The translations under genes were made by a program, and so were the position numbers. A stretch of 64,000 bases of DNA. Source: Azolla caroliniana (Eukaryota; Plantae; Polypodiophyta). How positions within the stretch are numbered: position 1 is the stretch's first letter; every line of letters starts with the position of its first letter. The notes beneath the pieces are model-generated. The model was not told where the DNA came from. It searched no databases and worked only from the letters and a program-made list of their open reading frames with translations. The stretch spans positions 12,028,001-12,092,000 of the forward strand of contig JBHGNT010000017.1 in NCBI GenBank assembly GCA_043228905.1, written 5' to 3'. Of this stretch, positions 21,446 through 36,210 are shown one piece after another.

Positions 21446-22124
21446 TGTCGTGGGGAAAACTGTCCCTAGGCAGAATCAGAGAATGATGTGCGCGAACCGG
21501 CCCTTACACATGGGCACAAGTTTTGCTGTAATGAGCATATTTAGGTACAAGTCGGGTTATGTGAATATCCTAGGTCGCACGGATTTGATAGGTAGGAAAT
21601 CGAGGAATATCTCTGTCCGGAAGGATAGAGAATAAAGATGATGTAACAAGTTGTAACGGCCTCCCTCCTTGGGCTATAAAAGAGAGGGAGAGGAATCATA
21701 AAGGGGATCTCTTTTGTCGAGGACGAAGTGTTGTCGGACGGGGACCGAGCTCTTCTCCTCCGTCTTTCTCTGTATTTGCTCTGTGCAGGTTTTTGGGAGG
21801 CTAACTCTACTCCGCGGAACGCTCGAGTGCTTCCGGCAGAGTCTCCATCTCGCTCTACTGTGTGCGTGTACGTAGGCGTAGGAGATTTGTCACTCACCGG
21901 CCTGCCGGTTGTAACCCCTTTTTCATCAGAATATATATATACATATACGCATTCGTCTCGTGTCCATTTCATTCGACTGCGGTTTCTGTGTATCTGTGTG
22001 TGTGTGTGTGTGTGTTGAAGCATGGCCGTTGTCTTTCTTGCTCCTACTCCTGATCGGTTATTCCTTGGTCCAAGACACCTGTGGTCCCGCCTCGTTCTAT
22101 ACGCACACGCGTAACAACACGACA
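21446..22124 (+). mobile_element. Solo LTR (679 bp) inside the 5' LTR of copy B
   Basis: Terminal inverted TGTCGTG...CACGACA, TATAAAA at ~21675, (TG)n at ~21995-22014, flanks CCGT / CTGT. Confidence 0.8.
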
Positions 22125-24946
22125 CTGTGTTTAGAGTATTGATCTTACGTGTGTAACACCGTGTGTTGTGAATCGGATCTCCACCCGAAGTTAACCGGTT
22201 GAAGCCTATCGAAGTCGGAAATCCTTACCGCAACCACCCCTTTCGTGAAGTGATCCAGAAGGACACCCTGTGTTAGTGGCTAGTCCGGCCCAGGAGTTCC
22301 ATAGTTTTGGCGACCACGATTCCTGCGGAAAGTAGCGAACAACGGGGGGATGGATGAGTAGGCCAATGAACGATCAAGTCACCGAACAAGCAAAAAGACT
22401 AGCCAAGAGACTACGGAAGTGGGAGGCTTATGAGCAGGCGGCTGAGGAGATCTTGTCGGATCGGTCTTTTTCCAGAGTGATTCGACAGGTCGCGGAGGAG
22501 TCACTCCGGTTACAGCACAATCCATACCCAGGCGAAGGAAGTAGTTTGAGCAGTTTGCGAGAAGCAGAATCCATCCTACAAACCCTCACGACGGACAAGA
22601 GAGATTCGAGAGCGTTCTCGGCTATTGAATCGGATTCGGACGGGGAGCACAGTGCTGAGTCCAATTATCAGAGTAGTCATGACACCCCGGAAAGCCCTGA
22701 AGATGACGATTCGGAAAACATATCGACACCAGAACCGGAAATGTAGCATCCCGAGTTAACAAAACAGGGTTGGACCAGCAAGTACCGACACCACCACACA
22801 ACCAAGTGGAGAGACTCAAGAGGAACAGGCTCCGATATCACCTGTCGAGTCATCAAAGAAATAGGAGGAGCGGGTACCAACACCACCTCCATAAGACCCG
22901 ATAGATGACGACACCATGCCGTACCAGTATTCAGAATATCGGGATGACCCAAATGCGGAAGCCTAGATATATGCCTTCCTCCAAACATGGGAGGCGAACC
23001 AGGTTTTCCAACGACTGAATGAAGCTGAGGCCAAGCGATTAAAGATAGCGGAATTCGGCATGACCTTGGAGGGACCGGCAGCACAATAGCGCTCTAAGCA
23101 CCTCCCCGATAGTATTGACACATTTGAAGAGTTAAAGATAAGGTTTCTACAATTCTTCCACAGACAGGTGGATCAAAGGGAAATTGTCGGGCTATTCTCT
23201 ATGACACAATAGGACCAAATAGAAACCATTCAGCAATTAGTCATACGGTTCCAAGAAATGCATAGTCAACTAACAAGAGCACCACCAGAAGAAGAAGCGA
23301 AAGCGGTATTTTTGGCAGCACTGAGGGAACCCCTCCGAACAGTGTGTGCAGTCATAGATTTTTGGACCAGCACAATAGACCAGGTCATTGACTGGGTCAT
23401 GGACATGGACAAGAATTGTTCTTGGCTGACGATGGGGGCACTCCAACGAGCACTCCCTACCGAAGAGGACCTACGGTTTTGCCAGGTGGTCTGATGTACG
23501 ACGTGCCTAAATTCCGGGCACTCAACGGTAGAATGCATGAGGAGATCACAATGCATGCTATGCCATTCCCGGTCACATACAATGGACCGCTGTGAATATA
23601 ATCTGCTAAACCCGCAGGCAGCACCAGTCTGGCACATCGAAACCCAGACCGATCGACAAGATGATGAAGAACGGTTCCGGTGAGACGATTGTTACAGACC
23701 GATCCAAGACGGCTGATACGAAGATAGACGGGACGAGTATGACCGGGATCGTAATTATAGAGGCCGGGACTATAACCGTGATCGATATGATCGTTATTAG
23801 CTCCCCAGCCATAATTGGAGACGGGATGACCAACGAGGAGACTATGCAGATTCGGATAGGCGTCGGTAGGGATATCAGAACAACCGACGCTACAATAAAA
23901 AACGGAATGCTCGAAGAGAGGAACGTCAAGAACCGGCAAAGGATTATCATCAAGAGCCGGATAGAAACATCACGGGTGTTCAATCAGAGCAATGAAGATT
24001 AGAGGAGCCCAACCATGCAATATCCGGTTTTCAGTTGGGTAACACGGCAAAAGCGGAGACTAGTAATACATAGAATGTGTATTGCTATTATTGCAGGCAA
24101 GATGGGCACTACAACAAGCATTGTCCATTCAAGACCGACGAGAAACAACCGGCAATTAATATGGTGATTGCGAAGGTTGCCGACATTCAGCAGGTCACCA
24201 CCCGGTCAAAAGGAAAGATGGCCGAAAGGGAGGCTTATGAAGCAATACGAAAGCAAGCCACGGAATGGATAGAAAAGGCAAACGAACAGAATGTCATCGA
24301 AGTACGTGAACAAATGAAGATTCTAGGGGAACAATAGAGACCACGAACAAAAACTCCACATGGCAGGCATTACAGGACTGCCGGATTATGCTGCCATTGG
24401 GCCGACTGCTGCACTAAGTGCCTTGATTCACGGACGGCCTGAAATAGGCATTGACACCACAAAACTCCAAGACAGCTTGGGTCTTCTTTTCTAATCCGGA
24501 AGAAGGGATGGTAGTGGTGGACACTAGCAGCCCGACAATCACAACCATCATCAAGGGACATGAGGTACCCGAAACAATCTTCGATGGCGGATCGGGGGTG
24601 AATGTCATTAGCTAGTGAACATGCGATACATTGGGAATACAAGAATGGGAGCCATGCCGGTTCTGGCTCCGGATGGCAGACACTAGTTCAATCCGACCAG
24701 CCGGTTTAATCCGGTATTTGGAAGTCACCATCGGAGGACATACATTCTGGATTTCCATGGTGGTTCTGCGGTTGAACACACAAGGAGCATATCCTTTGTT
24801 GATGGGACGACCATGGCTGCGAACAACGCATATAAAATAGAACTGGCAGAAAAGCATTATTAAATTCTAGAGAGGGAAAGCCAAGGTTCGAGTGCCGACA
24901 CAACCCCAAGTAGGCAAGAGCAAGGACGTAATGCCATTGTATGCCG

Positions 24947-25223
24947 TGAAAGGACTACACGCTCCGAAAACAACGCTCAGCCACAACGGAGTCTAGGATC
25001 AAACACAGAAAAACGAGTAATGTACGCACGACACAGTAAAGAGAAGAGTACACAAGATGTTTACGTGGAAAACCCAAACACGGGAAAAACCGCGGCAGTC
25101 CACAGACTGCAAACTATCACTATGTTACAATATACAATAGATGAACACAGAGGCAAAGAGCTCTTGTTCACTGTCTTCGCCACAGGCGGCGGTTACAACA
25201 GAGACAACGTCCTCTTCGTCTCT

Positions 25224-25255
<32 letters not shown>

Positions 25256-25587
25256 ACACGGTTGCACTCAAATCTTGCACCAACAAGAATGACAACTACT
25301 CTACACTAAGTTTGCCCTAGGTCATATTTATACTAATATGACTTTTCGGCTATTTACAAATATAGCTCCAATGGACTCTCAAACACATATTTACGAATAT
25401 ATCCCTTCATCCGGTGAGCACTCCTCACCGGGCCTTCACCATCCGACTCTTCCCAGGCACTCGTCATCCGGTTCTCACCGGGCCTTCCTTGCCGGGTACT
25501 CATCATTCGGTTCTCACCGAGTCTTCCGCTGCCGGGTACTCCACATCCGGTTCTCACTTCCCATCCGGAGGGACCTGTGTCCTAACA
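24947..25587 (-). repeat. 3' LTR of the Tork-like Copia (641 bp)
   Basis: Direct repeat of 29200-29939, adjacent to the PPT. Confidence 0.95.
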
Positions 25588-28500
25588 AACTCCCCCTTCA
25601 CTCTGGCATGGGATGTCGTACAAGTCCGATCCGCTTCCGACATGCATCTTGCTTGTCGGGTATCAGTACCTTGGTCAGCATATCTGACCCATTCTCGGCC
25701 ATGTGGATCTTCGTCAGTGCGAACTCTCAATCTTCTACTTTCTCCCGCATCCAGTGATACCTACGCTGGATGTGCTTTGTCCTGGAATGGTACGTTGCGT
25801 TCTTAGCAAGGTGGATGGCACTTTGACTGTCACAATAGAGCTGGTATTCATGTTGCTGGATACCAAGCTCTTCGATGAAGTCCTTCATCCATAACATTTC
25901 CTTGCCGGCTTCCACAACCACCATGTACTCCGCCTCTGTGGTTGACAATGCAACTGTCTTCTGCAGCCTCGACTGCCCTGAAACAGCTCCCCCTGCATAT
26001 GTCATTACATACCCGGATGTAGACCGGCTAGTATCCACATCAACCGACATGTCCGAATCAGTAAAACCGTCAAGTTGAGGTTTTACGGAGCCAAATCAGA
26101 GACACATATTCGAAGTGCCCTTCAGGTACCGAAGTATCCATTTGACCGCGTTCCAGTGCTCCTTGCCAGGATTGCTCATAAACCGGCTCACCACTCCGAC
26201 TGCGTATCCAATATCCGGCTGAGTACACACCATTGCGTACATCAAGCTCCCGACGGCAGAGGCATATGGAACCTTCATCATATCAGCCTTCTCTACTTTC
26301 GTCTTCGGGCTTTGCTTAGCGGATAGTCTGCAGTTTGTCGGGAGTGTTGATCCGACTGGTTTTGCTTCTAACATGTTGAACCGCTGAAGCACCTTTCTCA
26401 CGTATTTCTCCTGTGACAACCACAATTGCTTCTTTGACCGTCCGGATGGAGGTCATCTTTACTACCGGGGCAAATATCTCGTCAAAGTCCACACCCTTCT
26501 TCTGCTGGAACCCCTTCACCATGATCCTGGCTTTGTATCTCAGGGGTTTGCCGGCATCTCCCGGTTTCAACTTGTACACCCACTTATTTTGGAGTGCCCA
26601 CTTTTCTTTCAGCAACTCCACCAATTAGTACGTATGGTTCTCATGCAGGGAATCCATCTCATCCTGCATGGCACTTAACCATTTGCGGTTGTGGGTGTCA
26701 TCCTTCGCTTCTTCGAAGCTTTCCGGCTCTCCCTCATCGGTCAGCAGCACATGCTCTACATCCGGAAATCTCCGGGGGGGCCTTCTCTCTCTGAGAGGAT
26801 ATCTCCGTCTTTGGCCTTCGGCAACCGGCTCCGCTATTTGTTCTTCATCCGAATCCGATTCGGGTTCTTGGCCGGTTCCGATTTTAGCTTCCTCTACTTC
26901 TTCTTCTGCCGGTTCGGTATCGTCACCGTAACCGGCTGGTTCCTCGAGTGTCAATCGGCTCTTAGCCGAGTGGGTCCGAATCTCATCGGAGTTCATTATC
27001 TTCTTCTCCGACTCCCAGTCGGCAAGAGTCTTGTCCTCTATGAAGATAATATCTCGGCTCCGGAAAGCCTTCTTGTCAACCGAATCCCACACTCGGTAGC
27101 CAAACTCATCATCGCCATATCCGAGGAATATGCATGGCTGGGTCTTTGGATCCAACTTTCCGCTCCGGTCCTTAGCAATATGCACATACGCGAGACACCC
27201 GAACACCTTCAAATGCCGGTAGGACACTTCCTTACCGGTCCACACCTTTTGCGATGTGTCTCCATCCAAGGGCACTAAGGGTGATCTGTTTATCACATAC
27301 GTCACTGTCGACAGTGCCTCAGCCCAAAACGTCTTGGGTAATTTTGCATGCGCCAACATACTCCGGACCCTCTCCATTATGGTCTGGTTCATCCTCTTGG
27401 CTAGCCCGTTTAGTTCCGGTGTCTTCAGCATGGTAAATTCGAGCCGGATTCCCTTCGAGCGACAGTACTCCTCGAACTGCCCCCGGTATTCACCTCCGTT
27501 ATCTGCTCAAACCGCCTTTAGCTTCTGGCCGGTTTCTCGTTCCACTCTCGCGTGGAGCTCTTTGAAGACGGATAGCACCTGGTCCTTCGTCTTCAACGGT
27601 GTGGCCCACAGCTTCCGGTTGTGGTCATCTATGAAAGTCACGAAGTACTGCGATCCGGCATGTGACTTTGTGTCCACTTGACATACATCAGTATGCACCA
27701 ACTCCAGTGGTGCATTACGTCTCGTCGGTGGCCTCGATCGGAAGGAGGTCCGGTTTTGTTTACCGGCTAGACAATCAGTGCACGTTCTTCACTGGAATGA
27801 GGTTGTCATCTGCAAGCCTCTTCATCCCCTTCTCCCTCATGTGACACAACCTCTTGTGCCACAGCTCACCGGCAGTGTCGGAAGCCATGTTCACTTCTTC
27901 CGGGCATAACCGGGCATTCATCAGGTACAACGTGTTTACCTTCCGGGCCCGAGCCACAATCAAGCTCCCTTTCCTGAACTTCATAACACCGTTCCGGATT
28001 CTACCCGTGTAGCCTTCATCATCTAGCCGACCAGCTAATATTAGGTTCAGACGAACCTCCGGAACGTGTCGAACATCTTTCAGCAGCAGCTTGCATCCAG
28101 TTGGTGTTGTCAACCACACGTCTCCTATGCCGACAATTCAGCATGTACCTTTATTCCCCATCTGGACACAGCCGTGATCACCGATTGAGTAGGATGAGAA
28201 GCATTTCTGGTCTAGGGTAAGGTGGAATGACGCTCCGGAGTTGACCACCAAGGTCATCTCATCGCCGGCAAGGTTTAGCTCACTCTCCTCGGTGATGAGC
28301 ATCAACTCTTCTTCACTTGTCGCGATTGTCGTCGTTCCCTTCTGGTTCGTTCCCCTCCGGTCTTTACCGTTCTGTTCCGGTGTTCGCTTCGAATCGGTAC
28401 CATCGGTTTCCTTGTCTTTTCGGAAGTGCCGACAGTTCTTTTGGAAGTGTCCCGGCTTGCCGTAATAGAAGCAGGTAGGCCTCCCCCTAGACTTTGATCG

Positions 28501-29199
28501 TGTTCCCGACTTCTCCCGGTTCTGGGGACTACAGTTCCTTTGTCTTCCGCGTTCCGATTCGGTAATGAGTGCTTTGGAGTCGGAGTTCGTATCCTTGTCT
28601 TTCCGACGCGCCTCCTCATCTAGCAAGCTCGACTTCACTCTTGCTAGGGATAACCGTTTCCCTTCTGGTCCGGCGTTGCCCAAAGTGACAACCAATGTCT
28701 CCCAGCTATCTGGGAGGGAACCAAGCAGGAGTAGTGCTAGTACCTCATCGGCGAGAGGTACTTCCAATGATGTTGCTTGGTGGATCAGCCCCTGGAAGGC
28801 ATTCATGTGCTCCGCCATGCTGGAGCCATCTTGGTACCGGAGTCTTACTAGCTTCCGAAATACCGAAACCTGATTAACAACATTTTTGTTCTGAAACATA
28901 ATGCCGATCTTCTCCTAGAGCTCATGAGCCTTGCTCTCTTCATTGAAGTTGTTGTACGGACTCATGTCGATGAAGCACCGTATGTACACCGTTGTCTACA
29001 TGTGCATCATCTCCCATATCGTGGCGTCGATTTTGTCTAGTCTCTTGTCCGCGAATTGAACCGGCAACCAAAGATCTTTAACAACAAGCATGTCCCTCAT
29101 CTTCGACTTCCACACCAAATAGTTGGAGCCAGTGAGCTTGAACATGCCTCCCAATGAATCGTCCATTTTTTTCTATGTCGTTTCGCTCTGATACCACTT

Positions 29200-29470
29200 T
29201 GAAAGGACTACATGCTCCAAAAACAACGCTTGGCCACAACCGAGTCTAGGATGAAACACAGAAAAACGGGTAATGTACGCACAACACAGTAAAGAGAAGA
29301 GTACACAGGATGTTTACGTGGAAAACCCAAACACGGGAAAAACCACGGCAGTCCACAGACTGCAAACTATCACTATGTTACAATATACAATAGATGAACA
29401 TAGAGGCAACGACCTCTTGTTCACTATCTTCGCCACAAGCGGCGGTTACAACAGAGACAACGTCCTCTTC

Positions 29471-29509
<39 letters not shown>

Positions 29510-29939
29510 CACGGTTGCACTCAAATCTTGCACCAACAAGAATGACAACTACTCTACACTAAGTTTTCCCTAAGTCATATTTATACTAATATGACTTTTC
29601 GGTTATTTTCAAATATAGCCCCAATGGACTCTCAGAAACATATTTACAAATATGTCCCTTCATCCGGTGAGCACTCCTCACCGGGCCTGCATCATCCGGC
29701 GCTTGTCGGGCACTCATCGTTTGGTTCTCAGCGGGCCTTCACCATTCGGCTCTTGCTAGGCACTCGTCATCCGGTTCTCACCGATCCTTCACCATCCGAC
29801 TCTTGCTGGGCACTCGTCATCCGATTCTCACCGGGCCTTCCTTGCCGGGTACTCGTCATCCGGTTCTCACCGGGTCTTCCGTTGCCAGGTACTCCACATC
29901 TGGTTCTCACTTCCCATCCGGAGGGAATGTTTCCTAACA
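29200..29939 (-). repeat. 5' LTR of the Tork-like Copia (740 bp)
   Basis: Adjacent to the PBS; extra copies of the internal CATCCGGTTCTCACCGG-containing repeat. Confidence 0.95.
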
Positions 29940-32900
29940 TGCCGAAAGCATTAACATGTTGGATGGGCTAGCCAATGAAGAGGTAGATCCATACCTCGAC
30001 GAGCACCCAAAGATAGTCCCGTTTTTCAAAGTGGATGTGGCCGAAGCGATCACTCCATATATCGTACAACCGGAAGATGTTGGTAAGGAGTTGGATCGGG
30101 ACGCATCCAGGAATTATGTCAGGCCCAAGAAGCCCTGGACCGGGAAATGGCAGTATCACAACGAGTAAAAGCGTCGCAGTTGGAGGAAGTAAACCTAGGA
30201 ACTGGGGAAGAGTCCAAACCGGTAAATGTGGCAAAAGAAATGCGAGTAGTAGAAAAATCGGCAATGGTGCCGCTACTAAAAGAATTCCAGGATGTATTCG
30301 GATGGTCGTACGGAAACATATGAGGATTGGACCCCTAGCTATATATTGGCACTAGATCCACCTGAGCAAGGACGCAAAACCGATAACACAGAGATGATAC
30401 CGTATGAATCCAAATTATGCAGCCAAAGTAAAGGAAGAAATCAACAAATTACTTCGAGTTGGTTTTATCAAGCCGGTGAAGCAGGCAACATGGCTAAGCC
30501 TGATTGTGGTAGTTCCCAAGAAGAATGGAAAAATTTGGGTATCTGTGGATTACCGGAAATTAAATGCCACAACAATCACGGACACGTTTCCACTCCCATT
30601 TACGGATGGAGTCCTGGACGCAGTAGCCGGGCATGAGTTATATAGCTTTCTCGACGGATTCAGTGGATACAACCAAGTTCGGATGCGACCGGAAGACCAG
30701 GATAAGACAACATACGTTATGGAATGGGGAGCCTTCATAGCGGTAGTAATGATGTTCCGATTAAAGACGGCACCAACAACTTTTCAGCGGATCATTATGG
30801 AGATATATGGAGTTTTCATCCCGGCATTCATACAAGTGTTCCTAGATGATTTTGCGGTATACAGCTGAAAAGGGGAACACCTAGAACATCTTCGGTTATG
30901 TTTAGAACAGTGTCGGGGGTACCGGTTGAGCCTGAACCCAACGAAATGTGTCTTCGGCGTGACGAGTGGAACATTATTACGACATATCGTGAGCAAAGAT
31001 GGCATTGCGGTCGATCTGGATAAAGTAAAAGCAAGTTTGGGAGCACCACCGCTAGCAAATGCCAAAACACTAAGCCAGATTTTAGGCCAGATCCGGTGGC
31101 ACACCCAGATGCTTCGCTATTTGGCCGATTTTGCGACACCCCTACATACGGACGTACACCAAATCCCATTCCAATGAACAGAGCTGAAGGACAAGGTATA
31201 CCACGCGCTGAAAGTGATGCTGTCACAGGCACCGGTGGTACAGCCTCCGGATTGGACTAAGGAAGTTCATGTGTTTGTGGACACATCTGATATTTCCATT
31301 GGCAAGATTCTCATGCAGCTCACCCAACCACGGTGTTACCGACTGGTTTATTACGCCAGTAGGAAGTTCTCGCAGGCAGAGCGAAAATACTCTACGACAA
31401 AATGAGAAGCCCTGGGATTGTGTACAGTGTAATGAAGTTCCGCCACTACCTTTTGGGACGAAAATTTTCCTTTCACGTGGATCATTCGGCATTGCTTTAC
31501 TTGGTCTCCAAGTCCCCCTTAACTGGCAAGCTAGCACGGTGGACGCTACTATTACAGGAGTTCGAATTCGACATCTACCACAGACCAGGAGTGCAACATG
31601 CAGTAACAGATTACTTGAGCCGGTTAGAATCCGGGGAGGTAGGCAACGGAGTCCGGGACGAGTTTTTGGATGCACAACTGTTTAGGGTAATCACGGAAAA
31701 CACGGTGGATGAAACAGTGGCCGACGAAGACAAGTGGCTTACGAATATTCATCATTTTCTAAGCTTTGAACTGCCTCCGGAGGAGTTAAACCAAGACGAG
31801 CGGAAATAGTTAGTGGTACAAAGCTTTCACTTTTGTTTACTACAGGACATGTTATACCATAAAGGAGCCGACGGAATTTGGCGACGTGCGTTCTGAAGCG
31901 ACGAAAAAGACATAATCCTACGAGAAGCTCATTGTGGAGTGGCAAGAAGCCACTATGCCGGAGACGCAATGGCAAGGAATATATGGAGAAGTGGATTATG
32001 GTGGCCCAGAACACTAAAAGACGCCATCCGGTATGCAAGGGAATGCGACCTCTATCAAAGAATGGGCCAGCCAACGGAGAAAGCAAGGATGCCGCATCAG
32101 CCAGTGTTACCGTTGGATCCCTTCCAAAAATAGGGATTGGATTTTGTCGGGCCATTCAAACCACCGGCGATGAGATCCGATAACTGGTATATTATTGTTG
32201 CAACGGATTATTGCACAAAGTGGGTGGAAGCAAAAGCACTCAAAGATAATACCGCGGCATCGACAGTGAAATTCCTATATGAGCAGATTTGGTGCTGTAC
32301 GGATGTCAGATTGAGTTGATTAGCGATTAGGGTGGACACTCCCTCAAACAAGTGGTGGAGAGCTTAATGATATTCTACGTAGTCGTACACAAGCGCAGTA
32401 CACCATACTACCCACAGGCCAATGGATTAGCGGAGTCCACCAACAAGACACTTCAGAATATTCTACGGAAGATTGTCAATGAAAACCAGACCGATTGGGA
32501 CGCGAATCTACAGAGCGTGCTATGGGCATACCGAACAACATATAAGACAAGTATCCAGACAACACCGTTCCGGTTAGCTTTTGGATAGGAAGCGGTAATG
32601 CCTATGGAGTTTCAGATTCCGAGTTCACGAATACAGGTCCGGGAGAGGTTGAGCAAGAAAGAATCAGAAAAACTCTGGCTCATAACATTGTGCGAATTGG
32701 AGGAGCACCGGATAGTTTCTGTACTCCAATTGGAGCTCAAACAAAGACGACGAAAAGTGTTCGTCGACCGGCATCGGAATGGGAATGAAAAGTTGTTCGG
32801 GATCGGCAAGGCGGTAATGGTATTCCAGACTCAGATGGTCAAGATGTCGGGAAAACTATGGTTTCGGTGGACTAGATCGTACTGGATAACGCGAGAATTC

Positions 32901-33200
32901 AAGGGGTCCTATCAATTAGGAACGTTGGCTGGTGAAATCCTTGAGAAGTGTGTAAACGGTTTCTGATTGAAACCTTATCACGGACTGATGCCACGAAATC
33001 CGTTCAAGCAACCGGATGACGGACTGGAAACTAGTAGCGGTAACCAGATATCCGGTAACCAAGAGCCACTTAAACTGGATCCGGCATTACCAGTTACGAC
33101 GGGAATATGATATAACTTCTCCGTATTAAAAAAATAAAAAAATAAAATCAAAATAAAAAACAAAAAATAAAAATAAAATAATGAAATGATGAAATGATGA

Positions 33201-36200
33201 ATGGACACCCCGAAACGGCGTGATGTCAGCCATTTAAAACGCACCACGCGGCGTAAAACCCCTATTATGGTACACGACATGCATGTGCGGGAATTAAGAA
33301 ATGGTAGCAAAATGGGGACACAAAACATTCGCATCGTAGAAGCGTTTTCATTTCATGAGAACAGAGCGTACAGAGAGCAGAAGCAAATACAGGTTATGAA
33401 ACGCCTACAAACAGAAAGCACTGGCACGCCAAAGCTCCCTAGCACAAGCGAAACCGAAAATGACCGTACACCAATGGCACTCTCTAAAACGGCAAAGAAG
33501 TGGTTAACCCAGAACAGATTGGAGGGTTTCCTTTAGGTAGTCGAAGCACCTCCTCACGAAGAACCGGAAAAGGTCGCGCAGGAGGTGCTTCGACAACCTG
33601 CGCGAGGAGGACGCTATTTGAGCCCTCATCGGTCTACCAGAGGTACGCTTTTTCCCATCGAGAATCCTTCCCCAGAGATGCTGGCAAAGTTCTTCGGCAA
33701 ATACTCCCTCCCCAGCAAAGCGTACCGGACACATGGCGATGAAGATGCCCTACTTCGAGAAGTAGCCCGTGTGTTTCATGAATACGGCTTCATACACCCT
33801 CACCCTCAGGCGATGCCTAAAAACATGGCCGACTTCATTATCACAACATATGAAGGGGTTCGAGTGGATTGTTTGGTGATCATCGCTTATTCATTGCGAG
33901 GGGCCATCCAATCGATTGTGGATGGAAAGAAGGTCTAGACCGCGGTGGCGTAGTGGCTCACCCTTCTCGCACCCCCGGTACTAGCCATAAAACACAAGAA
34001 GCGGGCTTGAATGACGGATACAATGCCCACCAAGCCATCTAAGCGGCAACAACTCCTCGCCAAGCACACTCCTGGATGGTCAGAGGGAGGATCGGAGCAA
34101 AAGGAATAGGAACCATCAACACAGGCGGAAAATAAAAAACCAAGCCAGAAACAACAAGCGGAGAAGGAGGCGTTGGCGGAGCAACAGGTGAAACCCCTAA
34201 AAATAAAATTGCACCGGCAAGTGCGAGAGCAACCCACCTTGGCTCAAAAGATTAACATTGAAACCGAGGAGGAGGTGGACGAAGAACCCGCCGACAATCT
34301 CCAACGTCGCCAACGAAGACGTGACACAGAGAGCACGGGAACGGATCAGATCCAGAGAAGGACATCACACCAACTCCCTGCGCTAAGGGACGAGAGCCAA
34401 GGTAGGAGACCGGGCCTGTTCGGCCAGAAGCGGTGGCATAGGTTATACCAGAACCGGTGACGAAACTACACATATCACCAGGTCGACAAGCACAGCAAGA
34501 ACAATACTTGTTGTCGGAGCCAGCAGTACAACAAGGGCTCAAGGCGAGACCAGAGCCGACACCACAACTGAAACCGGCGAGACAACAAGGCATCGATAGT
34601 CCAAGGCTACGTTGGATAGGAGAGCAAGTGGCTGGGGTGGTGAGCCGAATAGAAGAAGAAAAAGCACAATGGGACCAGTTATTCACCACCACTGAGGAAT
34701 TGGAGAAGGCCCGAACACGAATCAAGAGCTTGGAAGAAGACCTAGAGAAGGCCAAGGCAGACGTGGCCAGGAAGGTCCTTACCGGGCCAACTATATCAGA
34801 ACCGGTGGCACCGATTAATTTACAAACAAGCACTGAATTGGTGGCTTCTACAGAAACGGATAGCAATAATGCATGAGAACAGGAACTCTCCACCCTAAGG
34901 GAGGAGTTAGCAGCTCAGGAGGCCTTGCGGGCCAGAGAAAGGGAGCAAAAGAAAACAACGGAGGAGGAGACGCGGAAAATAGAAGAGAACTTCCAAAAGA
35001 CTCAAGCAGCCAATGATCGGTTAAAAGAGGAAAAAGACAAACTGCTGCAAGAGAAAGACAAGTTACACTAGATGGCAGAAGGAGAGATTGAACGGCTGAA
35101 AGAAGAGCTCCGATAACAGAAAGACAGAGAAGACCGAGCAAGAAGTCAAATCAACCGGAGGTTAAATCAGAAGATCGAGGACTTTGAAAGATTGCACCGG
35201 GATCACAAGCACTTGGATGCGGAGCACAAGAATTTGATGGAAAAATGTAATTGACAGCAGGAGAAGATTAGAGAACTCCAAAATAAGGTAACCTAGAAAA
35301 CGGATGCGCTGGCGGAAGAAGGAACTAAGGTGGTTGAGTCGGCAAAGCTGCTAGAGGAAGCGGCAAGGGAAAGGACGGTGCTCACCCGACAACACTTTGA
35401 AGAGATGGAACGAGCAAAAAGGGCTCTGAATAGGGTTCCATCAACTTATTAGACTCAACTACTGGAATATGGGGTGCAAGCACAGGCAATCGTAGGCCTG
35501 ATAAAGAATTTAAAGGAGGAAAAGAAGGCTGCAGAGGACAAATCCAAGATGGGGCTCAACCAGATCCGTGCCATTGTGCTAGAATGGAAAGCAAGGACAA
35601 AGAGTATGATTGATGAAAGCTCAGTGCAATGGTGGTCAAATTGGGCACAACAGGCAGCGGAATTACAGACTCTACGAGCGGATGTTGAGAACTGGTGAAA
35701 GGACGGTGACAACTTCTATAAGATGGATGTGGAGAGTATTGTAACCATCCGGGAAGAGTTGTCGGACTATATTTTGTCCCTGGCAGGAGAACAACTAGTA
35801 GCTGTAAGACGGTTGGTGGAACAATTAGATGATGACCAACCCAGAACTCAATTCCACTTCAAGCGATTCGAACGGGAGCATAGATGGCAGGAGGCGTCAC
35901 GAAGGACAATGGTGATCAACATAAGTGATGGAGAGCAATCTCCAGAGCAGCCACCGAATCGAGTCGGAGCCGGAGGAATGCAGGCAAATGAAGCCAGAAT
36001 GCATCAACCGGGCGAGACCGTACCGGAACAGCCAGCAAAAGTTAAACGGGAGCAGCCGGAAGCGGAAAGAGCGAAGGTGAGAGCAGATGAAGCCGGAGAA
36101 GACGCAACTGCCGGAGTAGGAAGGCAACAGCCATAGTGGCAAGAAATAGAGCAGCCACAACGACAACAGCCAGAGCATCCACAAGAGCAAGAGCCAAAGC

Positions 36201-36210
36201 AACCACAATA
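33201..36210 (+). pseudogene. ORF3 of Gypsy copy B
   Basis: KKWLTQNRLEGFL, EVARVFHEYG, TYEGVRVD, LRWIGEQVAG, IDESSVQWWSNWAQ match ORF3 of copies A and D. Confidence 0.85.

Larger units (their letters stand above)
24947..29939 (-). mobile_element. Ty1/Copia, Tnt1/Tork-like, with two LTRs and TSD; RT core deleted
   Basis: LTRs 24947-25587 and 29200-29939, TSD TGCCG (24942-24946, 29940-29944), PBS TGGTATCAGAGC (tRNA-iMet) ~29185-29196, PPT GAAGGGGGAG ~25590-25599, LLGSLPDSW, KTPELNGLAKRMN, WLSQEKY, ALSTTEAEY. Confidence 0.96.
21252..36210 (+). mobile_element. Ty3/Gypsy copy B (related to copies A and D), 3'-truncated, carrying two nested insertions
   Basis: 5' LTR 21252-22301, PBS TGGCGACCAC 22308-22317, gag from 22354, CYYCRQDGHYNKHC, protease IFDGGSGVN ~24580, RT-RH-INT 30404-33100, ORF3 33201-36210; no 3' LTR. 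Confidence 0.93.
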
